Counted from the stretch's first letter, positions 1 through 11,151 are shown. The stretch: 64,000 bases of DNA from an uncultured Verrucomicrobiae bacterium (GCA_963762565.1 CAVXLD010000001.1:1152001-1216000), one strand, 5' to 3'. The notes: generated from the letters alone by a model not told the origin. A program made the numbers and translations.

Positions 1-525
1 ATCTGGCATTGAAGAGCGTGAAGACGCCGGCGAAGTCCGGGTCCTTGTTAGCGGCACTCACAAGCGCTTTGGCTGCCTGGACCAGAGCCTCTGGTTGGAC
101 GCGACGGTCGACGTGGTGGCGTCGAGTCCGGCGAAAGGTGCGACGTGCTCAACGCCCTTCGTCGTCAGTATAATATCAATACCTCTGCGAACGACTTTCT
201 CGGTCCGCGCCAGGCTCGCACCCGGCGGAAGCTGAACGAGATTGATTAGATAGCCCTGGTCTTGTTCTGGAATGAATCCGGTGGGCGTTCGGGAAAACTC
301 AATAACAGCAACGCCGATCAGGCCGACATAGACGACAAGAACGAGGGGCACGGTTCGGACGAGCCGACCCGTGACTATTCCATACCAGGAGGAAAGCTGG
401 TCGAATCCGAAATTAAACTTCTCGAAGCCAGCGCGAAGAAGGAGCCGAGGCAGACCGTCTCGCGCAACGGCGTGGGCATCGTGTGCCTTGAACAGCACCG
501 CGCAAAGCGCAGGGCTCAGCGTCAC
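1..525 (-). pseudogene. RND (AcrB/HAE1-type) efflux transporter internal fragment, 5'-truncated and internally deleted
   Basis: TLSPALCAVL...PTGFIPEQDQGYLINLVQLPPGASLART is typical of RND pumps. After ~nt 90 the sequence jumps in another frame to a later RND segment (VQAAKALVSAANKDPDFAGVFTLFNA). No N-terminus upstream of 525. Confidence 0.8.
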
Positions 526-814
526 GAGATGTCGAGCGTCATCTAAAACGTGCGCTTGCGATCCCTTACGCTAAGCTCAGGAGACGGGAGTTTACCTACG
601 CTAAGAAGCGCTGTCTCCTCTGGGACCATGTACTGCACTCAAGGTAACCTTTCGATCTGAGACAATAGGTCGGTAAATTGATAGTAGCCACATTGATCGT
701 CTTCCCAGCGGACTTTTACCCCCAAACCGTCTATTGCAATCACTTCGCCCTTCGACCCATCCGGGGTCCAGACGACAATCTCTTGCAGTCGGAGGGTCTG
801 AGCTTCTTGGGCGT

Positions 815-1432
815 TCATGAGGAGCGATGCTGGCCCGAAGTGGGCTCGTGATCACGATGTGACTCTTCCCCTGCATGCACCACGTCTAAATACTGATCAC
901 TAAAGAGAACCCAGGTATCGTTCTCATCTTCCAGACTATTGCGGCGGGCGATGTTTAACGTGATCTGGAGTTCCTGTAGCGCCCGCTCGAATCGATTCCG
1001 CTCTGGACGCTGGGTCATGTTAAATTCCTCTCGCAACGAACCGGTCGTCAGAGGATCCAGCTTCAGCCTTTCATAGATTTTCTGCGCTAAGGAGCTGCAT
1101 TCCCTCAGTGGCCGATGATGTTTCGAATAGTGTTCGATACGAAGGTAATCCATACTCATCAATACGGCCCGACCAGCCGGAATCTTTCCATAGAAGATCT
1201 CTGCGGGATAGATAGCCGGTAGTTCATTTTTCCATCGCCAGATGGCAATGATTTTTTGGCCCCAGCCCTTTTCTCCTGGTTGCCTATCAGGCAAATCGAC
1301 CACCTCCCATAGGTTCGGCATACCAACCCCGGCGTCGGAGAAAATGCCGCATATCCCGACTTGTAAGATATAGGCCCTGGCCTGTTTCAAGGTACGGACG
1401 GCAGCTACCTTGCGTTTAATTGAGTGGATCAT
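815..1432 (-). CDS. hypothetical protein, possibly AlkZ-related winged-helix DNA-binding family
   Basis: 205 aa ORF; W-R-W-K..LP...IFYGK and a C-terminal RFERALQELQ..L helix recall AlkZ-related proteins (recognised by eye). Confidence 0.5.
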   Translation of the reverse strand: MIHSIKRKVAAVRTLKQARAYILQVGICGIFSDAGVGMPNLWEVVDLPDRQPGEKGWGQKIIAIWRWKNELPAIYPAEIFYGKIPAGRAVLMSMDYLRIEHYSKHHRPLRECSSLAQKIYERLKLDPLTTGSLREEFNMTQRPERNRFERALQELQITLNIARRNSLEDENDTWVLFSDQYLDVVHAGEESHRDHEPTSGQHRSS

Positions 1433-1601
1433 AGCTCGCCGATAAAAATCCCCACAATGGAAAACGGGTGAGGGAACGATGCTGAGATAGGCTATCGAGT
1501 TCGCAGATCATTAACTGAATTATCGCTCTTCGGACCAGGATAGCTAGTGACCGCCGTGTCCTCGCGGCCAGAGACTTCGCCGAATGCAATTCCGACCGGC
1601 T

Positions 1602-1763
1602 TCATTCGCGGCTATTTCTGTCTTCGAGCGAAATGTACGACGAGGTCGGATTTCCGTGTAAGAATAACACGGTTGGTAAATCAGGGCTCCCTGCTTCCCG
1701 GTAGGCCATGGTGGAATACAGAACCGGGACCTGAGTGAGCGTTACGTCAGCAAGTGTAGTCAT
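1602..1763 (-). pseudogene. haloalkane dehalogenase 5' remnant
   Basis: Not in the ORF track. Manual translation gives MTTLADVTLTQVPVLYSTMAYREAGSPDLPTVLFLHGNPTSSYI, then unrelated sequence and a stop. AAGGAG RBS upstream. HGNPTSSY is the DhaA/LinB-type N-terminal motif. Confidence 0.75.
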
Positions 1764-1942
1764 ATCTCCTTCTTCTGCTTGAATGCGGTTTCGAAATTTG
1801 AGGTGGTGGTCTTCATTTGAAGTGTGCGGATAATGATTGGAGTTGTTGTATAACGTTGTGGGGGTTCGCGAAAATAAGAGAAATCTAATCTCTAATTAAG
1901 AGAATGTATTTCTCTTGTCAGCCGGATCACAAAATTAAAATT

Positions 1943-2593
1943 ATGCCCCAGTCCAAATTCCCTTCCTTCCAGCGCGCCCGGCAGCCCAAGCAAATCGAGC
2001 AAAGACGAGAAGCGATTTTGGAAGCAGCTTTGGTACTGTTTCAGAAAAAAGGCTTGAAAAATGTCACCTTGGTCGACATCGCGGAAAAGGTCGGCACCGC
2101 TACATCGAATATCTATCGGTATTTCGACAGCAGAGAGCACATCTATCTGAGCGTTTTGCAACGACAGGGTTCCGAGTGGGAGAAAAGAGCAATGCCGGCT
2201 CTTGACGCGCTGAAGAGAAAGGGAACCGCCGCGAAAGTGGCAGAGGTGCTGACGCGCTCCTTTATTCAGTCCGTGGAATATTCCACCTTGATAACGGCCG
2301 CCAATACCGTCCTGGAAAAGGAACTATCGCCCGAGCTCGTGATAGATTTCAGATCGGGTTTGCTTGAACGCAGGAAACGCTTGGCTCAGGCTTTAGCAGC
2401 AGCCTTGCCCGGCACCCGCGTCGAAGAGATATTTCCTTTGACCCTGCACATCTTTACCCATGTCGCCGGCTTGTGGCCTTTCTGCCATCCCTCTTCCGAA
2501 TCGGAGAAATTGTTAAAGGATCCCGAACACGCGCATCTCAACATCAATTTTGAAATTGAGATGAAACAGTTTCTGTTGCGCTTCCTGAAATGA
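1943..2593 (+). CDS. TetR family transcriptional regulator
   Basis: FQRARQPKQIEQRREAILEAA...VTLVDIAEKVGTATSNIYRYFDSREHI HTH; divergent from the dehalogenase remnant. Confidence 0.9.
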   Translation: MPQSKFPSFQRARQPKQIEQRREAILEAALVLFQKKGLKNVTLVDIAEKVGTATSNIYRYFDSREHIYLSVLQRQGSEWEKRAMPALDALKRKGTAAKVAEVLTRSFIQSVEYSTLITAANTVLEKELSPELVIDFRSGLLERRKRLAQALAAALPGTRVEEIFPLTLHIFTHVAGLWPFCHPSSESEKLLKDPEHAHLNINFEIEMKQFLLRFLK

Positions 2594-2934
2594 ACACCCC
2601 TGCCGGTATTAAAGCCAGAGACAAAGGGGGCCGAAGCGGTAACCGAGTATTCGGCGCTTCTCTTAACCGCCTCAGTGCCGCTGACCAGGCAACCCTCAGC
2701 CGGATCGTCGACCGATCGCAGCCCTTCGGGGACCGAAATCCGTAAGTACGAAATCTCGAACTAACATCCGCTCGAGTCCTTTCTCGCGTAACCCTCTCGT
2801 GGACAGGCATGAAAGAGTCCACTATGATGGGTCGGCACGAAATCTGTTTGTAGAGCACTCCTAACCCCCCGAACCCAGCGCTTGGATGGCCGATAGTGAA
2901 ATCCCGGATTGCGCCGAAACCCTAGTGCCCACTT

Positions 2935-4728
2935 ATGAATCACTCACAGGAACTTCAGTGGATTGATTATTTCGTGATGATCATTTACTTCGGCTTTGTC
3001 CTCGCCATCGGCTTCGTGCTGAAGCGTTTCATGCGGACGAGCTCCGAGTTTCTTACCGCCGGCCGTTCTATCCCTGCCTGGGTTGCGGGACTTGCTTTCT
3101 TGTCGGCGAATCTGGGTGCACAGGAAGTAATCGGGATGGCCGCTTCCGGGGCGAAGTACGGCATTGCCACCAGTCATTTTTATTGGTTGGGCGCCATTCC
3201 CGCGATGGTTTTTGTCGGCATTTTCATGATGCCCTTCTACTACGGTTCTAAAGCCCACTCGGTGCCGGATTACCTTTTGCTGCGGTTCGACAAAAAAACC
3301 CGCAGTCTTAACGCCATGACCTTCGCAGTCATGACGGTGATGTCTTCCGGGATTTCGATGTATGCCATGGCGCTACTGATTCAGACTTTGCACATCTTCG
3401 ACACGCCTTTCCAAATGTTGGGACTGCCGAACTCCTGGGTGTTTCACGTTAGCATCATCGTTTCGGCTGTGATCGTGCTTGGCTACATCTTCCTCGGCGG
3501 GTTGACCAGCGCCATCTACAACGAAGTTTTGCAGTTTTTCCTGATCGTGGCCGGGTTCGCTCCGCTAGTTTTCCTAGGACTCAAAAACGTCGGCGGGTGG
3601 TCCGGCCTAAAAGAAAAGCTTCCTTCTGCCTTTGTCCATACATGGAGTGGAATGGGAAACCCGCATAACAATCCTTTGGGGGTAGAATGGTTCAGTCTCG
3701 TTATGGGGTTAGGGTTCGTGCTTTCCTTTGGTTATTGGTGCACCGATTTTTTGGTGGTGCAGCGAGCCATGGCGGCGGACTCGATGAGCGCTGCTCGTCG
3801 CACACCGCTGATCGCAGCCGTACCGAAGATGCTGTTCCCCTTCCTAGTGATCTTCCCGGGCTTAATCGCGTTAGCGCTTACTCAGCCAGCCCATTCCAGC
3901 TCCGCGACTAAGAGTGCGGAGGTAGCTAATGTCCAACTCATTGCCCCGCAGGTGAATGTGGAGACGGGTCAGGTGGTCAAGGACAAAGAAGGCAATCCAG
4001 TGCTGGACTACAACACGGTTATTCCCCAAATGCTTCTGCACTATTTCCCCAGCGGAATGCTCGGGCTGGGACTAACCGCGCTGCTGGCCAGTTTTATGTC
4101 CGGGATGGCAGGTAATGTGACCGCTTTCAACACGGTGTGCACTTACGATATTTACCGGGCTTACGTCCGGAAAGACGCGGACGATGAACACTACTTCAGG
4201 GTAGCTCATTTCATGACGGTCTTCGGCGTGGCTTTATCAGTGGGTGCTGCCTACTTCGCTGCCGCGTTCAACAATATTATGGATATCCTGCAGTTGGTGT
4301 TCGCTTTCGTTAACGCGCCCTTGTTCGCCACCTTCCTGCTGGGGATGTTCTGGAAACGCACCACGGGCCATGGCGCGTTCTTCGGCTTGCTGAGCGGGAT
4401 CACCGCCGCCGCGCTTCACCAAGGCTTGACCATTCCAGAGGGCAGTGTCCCCGGGATCAAAGGCGGTTGGATCGCCATCGTGAACACCTATTCAAGTGAG
4501 ATGGCCCAGAATTTTTGGACGGCCATCTTTGCCTGGACGACTTGTTTTGTAGTGACCATCATTATCAGCCTGGCCACCAAGCCGCGACCGGACAACGAGC
4601 TGAAGGGGCTCGTCTATTCTCTCACTGAAAAAGAACGCGAAGTGTCGCTCGCCTGGTACCAGCGCCCGGTCCTGTTGGGGGTTGTGGTTTTGGCCCTGAC
4701 GCTTGTGCTTAACATCATCTTCTTTTAA
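2935..4728 (+). CDS. sodium:solute symporter (SSS family)
   Basis: 597 aa polytopic protein; FLTAGRSIPAW, ANLGAQE, YWCTDFLVVQRAMAA, ASFMSG motifs. Confidence 0.93.
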   Translation: MNHSQELQWIDYFVMIIYFGFVLAIGFVLKRFMRTSSEFLTAGRSIPAWVAGLAFLSANLGAQEVIGMAASGAKYGIATSHFYWLGAIPAMVFVGIFMMPFYYGSKAHSVPDYLLLRFDKKTRSLNAMTFAVMTVMSSGISMYAMALLIQTLHIFDTPFQMLGLPNSWVFHVSIIVSAVIVLGYIFLGGLTSAIYNEVLQFFLIVAGFAPLVFLGLKNVGGWSGLKEKLPSAFVHTWSGMGNPHNNPLGVEWFSLVMGLGFVLSFGYWCTDFLVVQRAMAADSMSAARRTPLIAAVPKMLFPFLVIFPGLIALALTQPAHSSSATKSAEVANVQLIAPQVNVETGQVVKDKEGNPVLDYNTVIPQMLLHYFPSGMLGLGLTALLASFMSGMAGNVTAFNTVCTYDIYRAYVRKDADDEHYFRVAHFMTVFGVALSVGAAYFAAAFNNIMDILQLVFAFVNAPLFATFLLGMFWKRTTGHGAFFGLLSGITAAALHQGLTIPEGSVPGIKGGWIAIVNTYSSEMAQNFWTAIFAWTTCFVVTIIISLATKPRPDNELKGLVYSLTEKEREVSLAWYQRPVLLGVVVLALTLVLNIIFF

Positions 4729-4758
4729 ATCCTTTAATAACCTGAAATTACGAGTCTT

Positions 4759-4998
4759 ATGGGTTTCGATATTCGGCTGCCGATCGGCTACTTGTTCACA
4801 ATTTTTGGGGCTTTGCTGGTGCTCTTTGGCCTTTTCACTGCTAATGCGGACATGTATCAACGTTCGCTCGGGATCAATATTGATCTCTGGTGGGGAGGAG
4901 TTTTGTTGATCTTTGGACTACTTATGGCTTTTGCTGCGCGAAAGGCTAAATCGCGGAATCGCACTGGTCAGCCGCAGCGCCCGCCGCCGTCAAAATAG
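4759..4998 (+). CDS. small 2-TM membrane protein, SSS-associated
   Basis: MGFDIRLPIG...GINIDLWWG; directly downstream of the SSS gene. Confidence 0.75.
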   Translation: MGFDIRLPIGYLFTIFGALLVLFGLFTANADMYQRSLGINIDLWWGGVLLIFGLLMAFAARKAKSRNRTGQPQRPPPSK

Positions 4999-5272
4999 CC
5001 GGAATCAACCTGATTGAGAATGCGCCGGACCCGAACGATCGCGATAGCAATCGCTTGGGCCCACGATTGAGCGGAGCGGATAACTAGCTCCGTAGGAGCG
5101 CAATCTTTATAGATAAACGGCAGAAAAGAAGGAGTTAGAGGAGTCCAAGGAGTTGCAGGAGGTCAAGGAGGCGGAGCCGTGGAGCGCTGCCTCGCCTCCG
5201 CCTTCGCCATGCCACGGCGCGATCCGACAGCCGCCCATGCGTGTTAACATAAGCAGTCGCGGAACCCCTGAT

Positions 5273-5394
5273 GGGGAGGGCGCGCGTCCCCGCGCCCGCG
5301 AAGACGTTCCCGAAGCCAACGGTGCATTTTCGTCCTTGATCAGGGAAGGCTATGGGCTTCGGGAACGGCGGATCGCGAGGACGCGATCCCTCCC
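5273..5394. repeat. paired REP-like element, GGGAGGGCGCGCGTCCCCGCGC family
   Basis: Arm at 5273 and inverted arm GAGGACGCGATCCCTCCC ending at 5394; related copies near 33793, 45148-45267, 54821-54848, 56953-56980 and 61312-61442. Confidence 0.8.
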
Positions 5395-5472
5395 AGCGCT
5401 GGGTCCGGCAGCTGCTGGCCTAAGCCGCTCGGGCAGCTTGTGGAGCTTGGCTCCGGTCTCCGGCCTGGTTCG

Positions 5473-5889
<417 letters not shown>

Positions 5890-5890
<1 letters not shown>

Positions 5891-6135
5891 GAAAACGGAA
5901 GTGGGAAAAACGGAAGTGCGAAAACGGAAGTGGGGACAGGTCAATAGTCAGCAAAAAGTCTAGCTGTCCAGCACCACCGCGACTTGCTCAACGAACGAAA
6001 ACGGCGAAAACGGAAGTGGGGACAGGTCAATAGTCAGCAAAAAGTCTAGCTGTCCAGCACCACCGCGACTTGCTCAACGAATAACTGACCTGTCCCTAAG
6101 CCGACTGACCTCTTCGGAAATAGCTGACCTGTCCC
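5890..6135. repeat. GGGACAGGTCA(A/G) REP-like cluster with 86-bp-period tandem duplication
   Basis: GAAAACGGAAGTG x3 (5891-5932); motifs at 5932 and 6018 (+), 6085 and 6124 (-); 5919-5995 is repeated at 6005-6081. Confidence 0.9.
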
Positions 6136-6143
6136 TTTCTTTT

Positions 6144-6907
6144 CTATCCTTGGGACGGGTTGAGCACCCAAGTAACTTCCTTTGCGGCACTAACAAAACC
6201 GAGATTCCGTAGAATCGGTTTACTGGTCTCGCGTGCTTCGGTGCTCAGGTGCTGAAGACCGCGGCGTCTAGCCTCTCTGGCGCGTTCTGCCACGAGCGCT
6301 CGATAAATACCCATGCGCCGATAAGACGGCGCCACCCTCCTCCGAAAAGCAGGCCAAAAGAACTCGGTAACCCAATTTCCAGGCGGGCCGAAGCGGCGAT
6401 CTCGGCAGAAACATAAGCAACGTAGAGCGCCAGGTCCGGATCGCTGAGCCGATCCGAATAGGCTGTACGCTGCCAAGTGTCCAGTCCGCCGAACGCTTGC
6501 TCCGATGCCTTCAAAAAGTCTTCAAGTTGTTCCTCTGTCGTGACCCTGCGGATATCGACATTGCCCGCGGTCGACGCCTGCACCTCATTCGCCAAATCAA
6601 AGATCATCAATGTTCCCGCAGCGTCCGGCTCGAATCCTTCCTCGGCGAGGCAACCGGAAATCTCGGCTGGAGAATCATGCTCGTAGACTCTCCACATTAA
6701 CTTCTCACCTCGTGATCTAAAGTGGGCAGCCTGGCTAGCCACGGCTTGGCGCACCGTACTTGGAGTTAGCTCCCAACAAGAAATGAAGTTGAAATAACCC
6801 GTTAAACAGACAACGCCGTCCGCTCGCTCAACCACCAGCCCCGGTGGCGCTTTGGGGTTGGCGCGCACTTCCGCGTCATATTGGGCCAGCACACGCGCGA
6901 GATCCAC
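6144..6907 (-). CDS. GNAT acetyltransferase (single frameshift near 6335, possibly a sequencing error)
   Basis: ORF 6245..6907 ends LLFGGG; the other frame continues VAPSYRRMGIYRALV...LSTEARETSKPILRNLGF (acetyl-CoA motif). Confidence 0.8.
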
Positions 6908-7055
6908 AGTATCAGTTTACCCGACGTCAAGCTCTAGAGGAAGGGGCGCTTCACCGGGGTCGCGTCTATACCAAACCTGACTGGCTTCGCTTGTCAGGGC
7001 CAGCTTGCGGCGCCCCTGTTGCTCGTTCCCATAAGGGACCGTTCACTCGTAGACC

Positions 7056-7222
7056 ACGGTCGTGAATTGGGGACAGGTCAACGGTCGTGAATTGGGGACA
7101 GGTCAATAGTCTGCAAGGACAGAGATCTGAGTAGGGACAGGTCAACTGTGTTGGTTGCCGCGTAAGCCATTACGCGTGAGCACGTGCCGTCAATTGGTTC
7201 GCAAAATGGCTGACCCGTCCCC
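7056..7222. repeat. GGGACAGGTCAA REP-like cluster
   Basis: 25-bp tandem ACGGTCGTGAATTGGGGACAGGTCA x2; motifs at 7069, 7094, 7134 (+) and 7210 (-, one mismatch). Confidence 0.9.
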
Positions 7223-7338
7223 TTTCTTCTCTGCAAAACACATTTAAACAATACGCGCTCTCACTCGAGTCCGGACGTCCGTAAAATCCGTTCGCTAATT
7301 AATTACCGGCCACGCCGGGCGCCGGCCTAATGACTCAC

Positions 7339-7488
7339 CTATCGCCGGCGCTTCCGAGATCCGCGAGAGCCTTTTGCGATGGCCCGAAATGCCAAGATTG
7401 ACGCAAGTAACGCCACCACGATCAGGGCACACAACAAGAGTGCCGATGACGCTTGGTCTCCGAGCATCTGCGCGAAGTTTGATTCCAT
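7339..7488 (-). CDS. putative 49-aa single-TM small protein
   Basis: Manual translation MESNFAQMLGDQASSALLLCALIVVALLASILAFRAIAKGSRGSRKRRR*: hydrophobic helix followed by a basic tail. Confidence 0.5.
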   Translation of the reverse strand: MESNFAQMLGDQASSALLLCALIVVALLASILAFRAIAKGSRGSRKRRR

Positions 7489-7604
7489 AGAGTGACACTC
7501 AGTAAAGCGGTTTTCCAGGGACCGTAAGAAAGGGACAGGTCAACTGTGCCCGTTATCGTGCAGGCAAGTACAGTAGGGTGCCTGTCGCAATAGAGGCTGA
7601 ATTA

Positions 7605-8916
7605 GGGACAGGTCAATAATCATGACTAACCGCAAAGGAAACCAAACAAGGTGCGGATCAATAGAAGATAACAGGCAGCGCTTTTGCCGGGGACCCTTCG
7701 GAAAGCTTTAAAACGGGGGAAAGCGTTCGAGGCCGTGCCCGCGGACGTGGCTCGACCTGCGCGAAGGCTAAAATGCTAGGCTAGCTGACCGGCCGGAGAC
7801 GGAGATTGCGGAGCACCCAGATCTGGTCATCGGCTATGACGGGCAGCCGGTAGCCACGACCGGATTGGGTAGGAGCGACGATTTGTCTGCAACGGGCGAA
7901 TTGTTCTTGCACAAATCCCCGGCTACCGAGGATTCCGCCATCGGTAAAATAGCGTATGCGGCAGCGCAGAAGGTCCGCCAGTGGGATCTCGCCTTGCTGC
8001 TGCTGGAGTACTTTCTGGGCAAGGTCCCCTTCAATGGTCGCACCCACTTTGGAAGCAGCCGTTCCGGTTCGAAAAAGCAGCTTGCGATATTCCCGGCGCG
8101 CATCCTTCCAATTGCTCTCTGTGCCTAGGCCTAATGTCTCCTGAATCCCCAGTTTGGCGTGGGCCGAGTCCTTAGCGATCGCCTCGGCGTAGCCACAATA
8201 GCGGTAGTCTTTCGGATCTTCGCATAGCCCAGCCCTAAGCGGATTTAAATCGATATAGGCAGCTACCGCACTTAAAGCTTGGCCCTCCTCGATTAATACA
8301 CTCTTAAAGCGCTCCGCCCACAGAACCCCGTATCGGTGATGGCGTCGATTGTACCACTGTGCAAAGCGGCCCTTGAGCTCCTTCATGTAAATCGATACGT
8401 CAAAGAGCCTGCTCAAGTGATGCTCCCTGAGCTGTTGCGCCTGATCGCTCAAGCTTGCTTCTTTGGCGTAGGCGGCTAGTTGCTGAGCCACTTGAGTGCG
8501 CCGCTCTGGCCCGTAGCCAAGCTCGATACAATCCAGCAACTCCTGGTCGGAAAGTGTTCGTCGTTCCGGCACCTTGCACAAGATATGAAAATGGTTGGCC
8601 ATCAAAGCATAGGTTAGCACTTGCACGCAGCAGGCCTCCTCCAGCCGCCGCATCAGGTGAACGAAGTGCTCGGCTTCAATCGAACCAGGGCTTTGGGTCC
8701 GAAACAGAAATCGCCCATCGACCACTCGTGACATGCAGTGGTAGAAGGTCTGTCCTTGTCCTTTGATTCGTGGCTGTCGCATTGGTGCTCAGCCCACATT
8801 CATAACACAAATCATTGCTGTATCAATATTTTCTCTTTGATAACCGAGTGGGCGACCCCCGGGGTAGCCCTCATATCCTTCGGTCCGCCCCCCGTCTTGA
8901 ATAATTGACCTGTCCC
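7605..8916. mobile_element. REPtron-like unit: RAYT bracketed by inverted GGGACAGGTCAAT motifs
   Basis: GGGACAGGTCAATAAT at 7605 and ATAATTGACCTGTCCC ending at 8916 flank the RAYT; extra motif at 7532; GC hairpin at 8850-8870. Confidence 0.7.
7781..8782 (-). CDS. REP-associated tyrosine transposase (RAYT/TnpAREP, Y1 HUH superfamily)
   Basis: YHCMSR, YALMANHFHIL (HUH), YN....G.LW.ERFKS, YIDLNPLRAGL (catalytic Tyr), DP.DYRYC and C-terminal RYFTDG.ILGS..FV. Confidence 0.92.
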   Translation of the reverse strand: MRQPRIKGQGQTFYHCMSRVVDGRFLFRTQSPGSIEAEHFVHLMRRLEEACCVQVLTYALMANHFHILCKVPERRTLSDQELLDCIELGYGPERRTQVAQQLAAYAKEASLSDQAQQLREHHLSRLFDVSIYMKELKGRFAQWYNRRHHRYGVLWAERFKSVLIEEGQALSAVAAYIDLNPLRAGLCEDPKDYRYCGYAEAIAKDSAHAKLGIQETLGLGTESNWKDARREYRKLLFRTGTAASKVGATIEGDLAQKVLQQQQGEIPLADLLRCRIRYFTDGGILGSRGFVQEQFARCRQIVAPTQSGRGYRLPVIADDQIWVLRNLRLRPVS

Positions 8917-10665
8917 TGTCTTGGTCTTGGTACTTCCGCGAGATTTAGCCGCGTAACGAGCGTGTTAGGATGCTCGGAACCGAGCACTTTTTCTTCTAAC
9001 TCCAACACCGATCGATACTCCGTTTCGTTTCGGCGTCCGCATATTTGCCTTGATGCAAAAGCGCGTTCCCCAGGTCGCTGCGGCTCCCTAACGTGTCCGG
9101 ATTTTCCGGGCCCTTAACCTTTCCTTTCAACCTGACCACGGTGCGGTACTCCGTCTCGGCTTCGACATACTTGCCTTCACTATCGAGAGTGTCAGCCAGG
9201 CCGCTGCGCGTTGTCAGCGTGCTCGGATCCTCCGGGCCAAGCACCTTTTCTTTGAGCCGCAGCAGCTCACGATACTCGGGTTCGGCATCGGCATACTTAG
9301 CTTGGTAGTCAAGGGCAAGCGCTAGATTGTTGCGCGTCTTCAATGTGTCCGGATGTTCGGGGCCAAGGATTTTCTCTCTGAGCTGAAGCACCGCCCGATA
9401 CTCCGTCTCGGCTTGGTCATACTTCCCTTGAAAGAAAAGCGCGGCTGCCAAGTAGTGTCGCGTTGTCATGGTGTCAGGGTGCTCTGGGCCGAGGATGCGT
9501 TCCTGTTCGGCTAATACATCGCGCAAAACCCGCTCGGCGTCGTTGTACCGGCCTTGATCGTGGAGAACCCAGGCGATAGCGAACTGGACCCGCGCCCACT
9601 GGGCCGGATCCCGGGTTTGGTCGGTGAGTTTCTCAGCATCACCGAGTCGCTTCAGAGCATCGGCGTATTCGACGCGTTTCTCGGCCGACCAGGCAGCCAG
9701 CTCAAACGCTTTGACCGCCTCGACGTTCTTTGGCGGCCCGGCGCGCTGCGCTTCGTCGGCGGCAGCGAGTGCTAGGCGCTCCGCTTCATTGTAATCCTTC
9801 GCCACATAAGCCGCGTTCGCCCTCTCGTAGGCTGTGGCATTTGGAGCCTTCTTCAGTTCTTCAGCGAACCGGGGGAGCTGTTCCTTTAAGGTCGCGGCGT
9901 CAATCCCGAGGTTTTTGGCGAGTGCCGCGTAGGTGCGCTCATCAATCTCTGCCGGTTTCTGGCCCGGCCTCTCCTGGCGCACTTTGTCCTGCACCTCGGC
10001 ATATGAATTGACACCCTGCAGCAGTTTTTCGACAGTTTCCTTGAGCGCTTGAAGCTGCTGATTAGTTTGGCGCTGCTGTTCGCTTGAGTGCTGCTGACCC
10101 TGCAATAGCCAAATACACAGGGTTACAGTCAAGATCATCAGCGCAGCAACCGACACGGCCCAACGCTTTACTCCTCGTCGGAGTTGGATGAGATCAGCCC
10201 GAAGCTTCAGCACGCTGGCTTCCAGCCCCTCGTTGCTGCTCAAGGGATGGTAAACGTGGCTATCCGCTTTAACGCGGGCGCGATAAGCGGCCTGAAGTTC
10301 ACATTTTTCCGGGTCTTCGCCCTCGTGTGGATCAGCAGGAAAAGTCTCGTCCAGGAAGAGGTACCAGACCTTTTTCCCCTTAATCTTAGCATAGAGCGCT
10401 TCGTATTGAGTGTAACTGGCGCGGCCGAAAGTCTCATCCGGTGCGGGCGGTTCTGCTCCGTAGCAGTTACCGACCAGTTGCACCCTCCATTGCTGGCCTC
10501 GACCCTTCGTCGCAGCATCGCGCGAAGGTCCCCTTCTTCGATGCCGAAGATATCCTGCCAATCCGGCTCGTACCCAAGGAATATCAGTGTGTTGGCTACG
10601 AGCTGGCGCGCGCTCTTGAGTTCGCGGCTGACAGCCGAGATGAAGATGGCGGGACGCGGAGACAT
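8917..10665 (-). pseudogene. DUF4062 - TM - TPR protein, two frameshifts, 3'-truncated at a REP motif
   Basis: N-terminal IFISAVSREL...VQLVGNCYG...SYTQYE (DUF4062) split near 10485; TM helix; LGPEHPDT TPR repeats. A GAAAC duplication near 9025 shifts the frame, and the last repeat runs into CCAAGA x2 plus GGGACAGGTCAA. Confidence 0.8.
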
Positions 10666-11003
10666 CAGAGTTTCAATGGGGGATGGCAAGGCTAACACCG
10701 AGGCCGGGTGAGGCGCCATCTAATTCCCCCCAGGGGTCACGATTATAGAGCGTGTTGCCCAAATCGATTCGCACAATAAGGAAAGATCACAAGACCACAA
10801 AGGTAACCCTGTCGCACCTCGCTGCGGGCAAGTTAGTAAAAGTTGTACAGTCGCTTCGAGAGTGCCTGCTACACTCGCCTCCTCTAAGTCAGTAGAACAC
10901 CAACCTCTTCTGTCTTTGTGACCTTTTCGTATTGTGATTTGAGGTTCTAAAAGCGGGAAGAGTCACGTTTCTAACAGCCACGATAGCGGCAAAACAGGTA
11001 TTT

Positions 11004-11151
11004 CACAGAAGATCACAAAGAACAGATACTTTGAACAGGAGGTAAGGGAGGAAACAGAGATAGAAGGTCGAGCTTAGCGCCAAGTAACCCTCCGTTGCCT
11101 CTGTTATCTCCTGTTTAAAATCCGTCTTTGTGGCCTTCGTGACCTTCTGTG
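11004..11151. repeat. nested inverted 9-nt periodic repeat element
   Basis: Outer pair CACAGAAGATCACAAAG / CTTTGTGGCCTTCGTGACCTTCTGTG; inner pair AACAGGAGGTAAGGGAGGAAACAGAG / CTCCGTTGCCTCTGTTATCTCCTGTTT. Confidence 0.75.

Noticed and set aside
2594..2934. Riboswitch upstream of the SSS transporter
   Set aside because: Some short hairpins but no recognisable aptamer consensus; an Rfam/Infernal scan would be needed
5932..7616. CRISPR array made of GGGACAGGTCAA repeats
   Set aside because: Repeats are only ~12-13 nt, occur in both orientations with irregular spacing, and no cas genes are present
7605..8916. IS200/IS605 element with TnpB, or a DDE insertion sequence
   Set aside because: No TnpB/IscB ORF, no DDE motif and no target-site duplication seen; the protein has RAYT-type length and motifs
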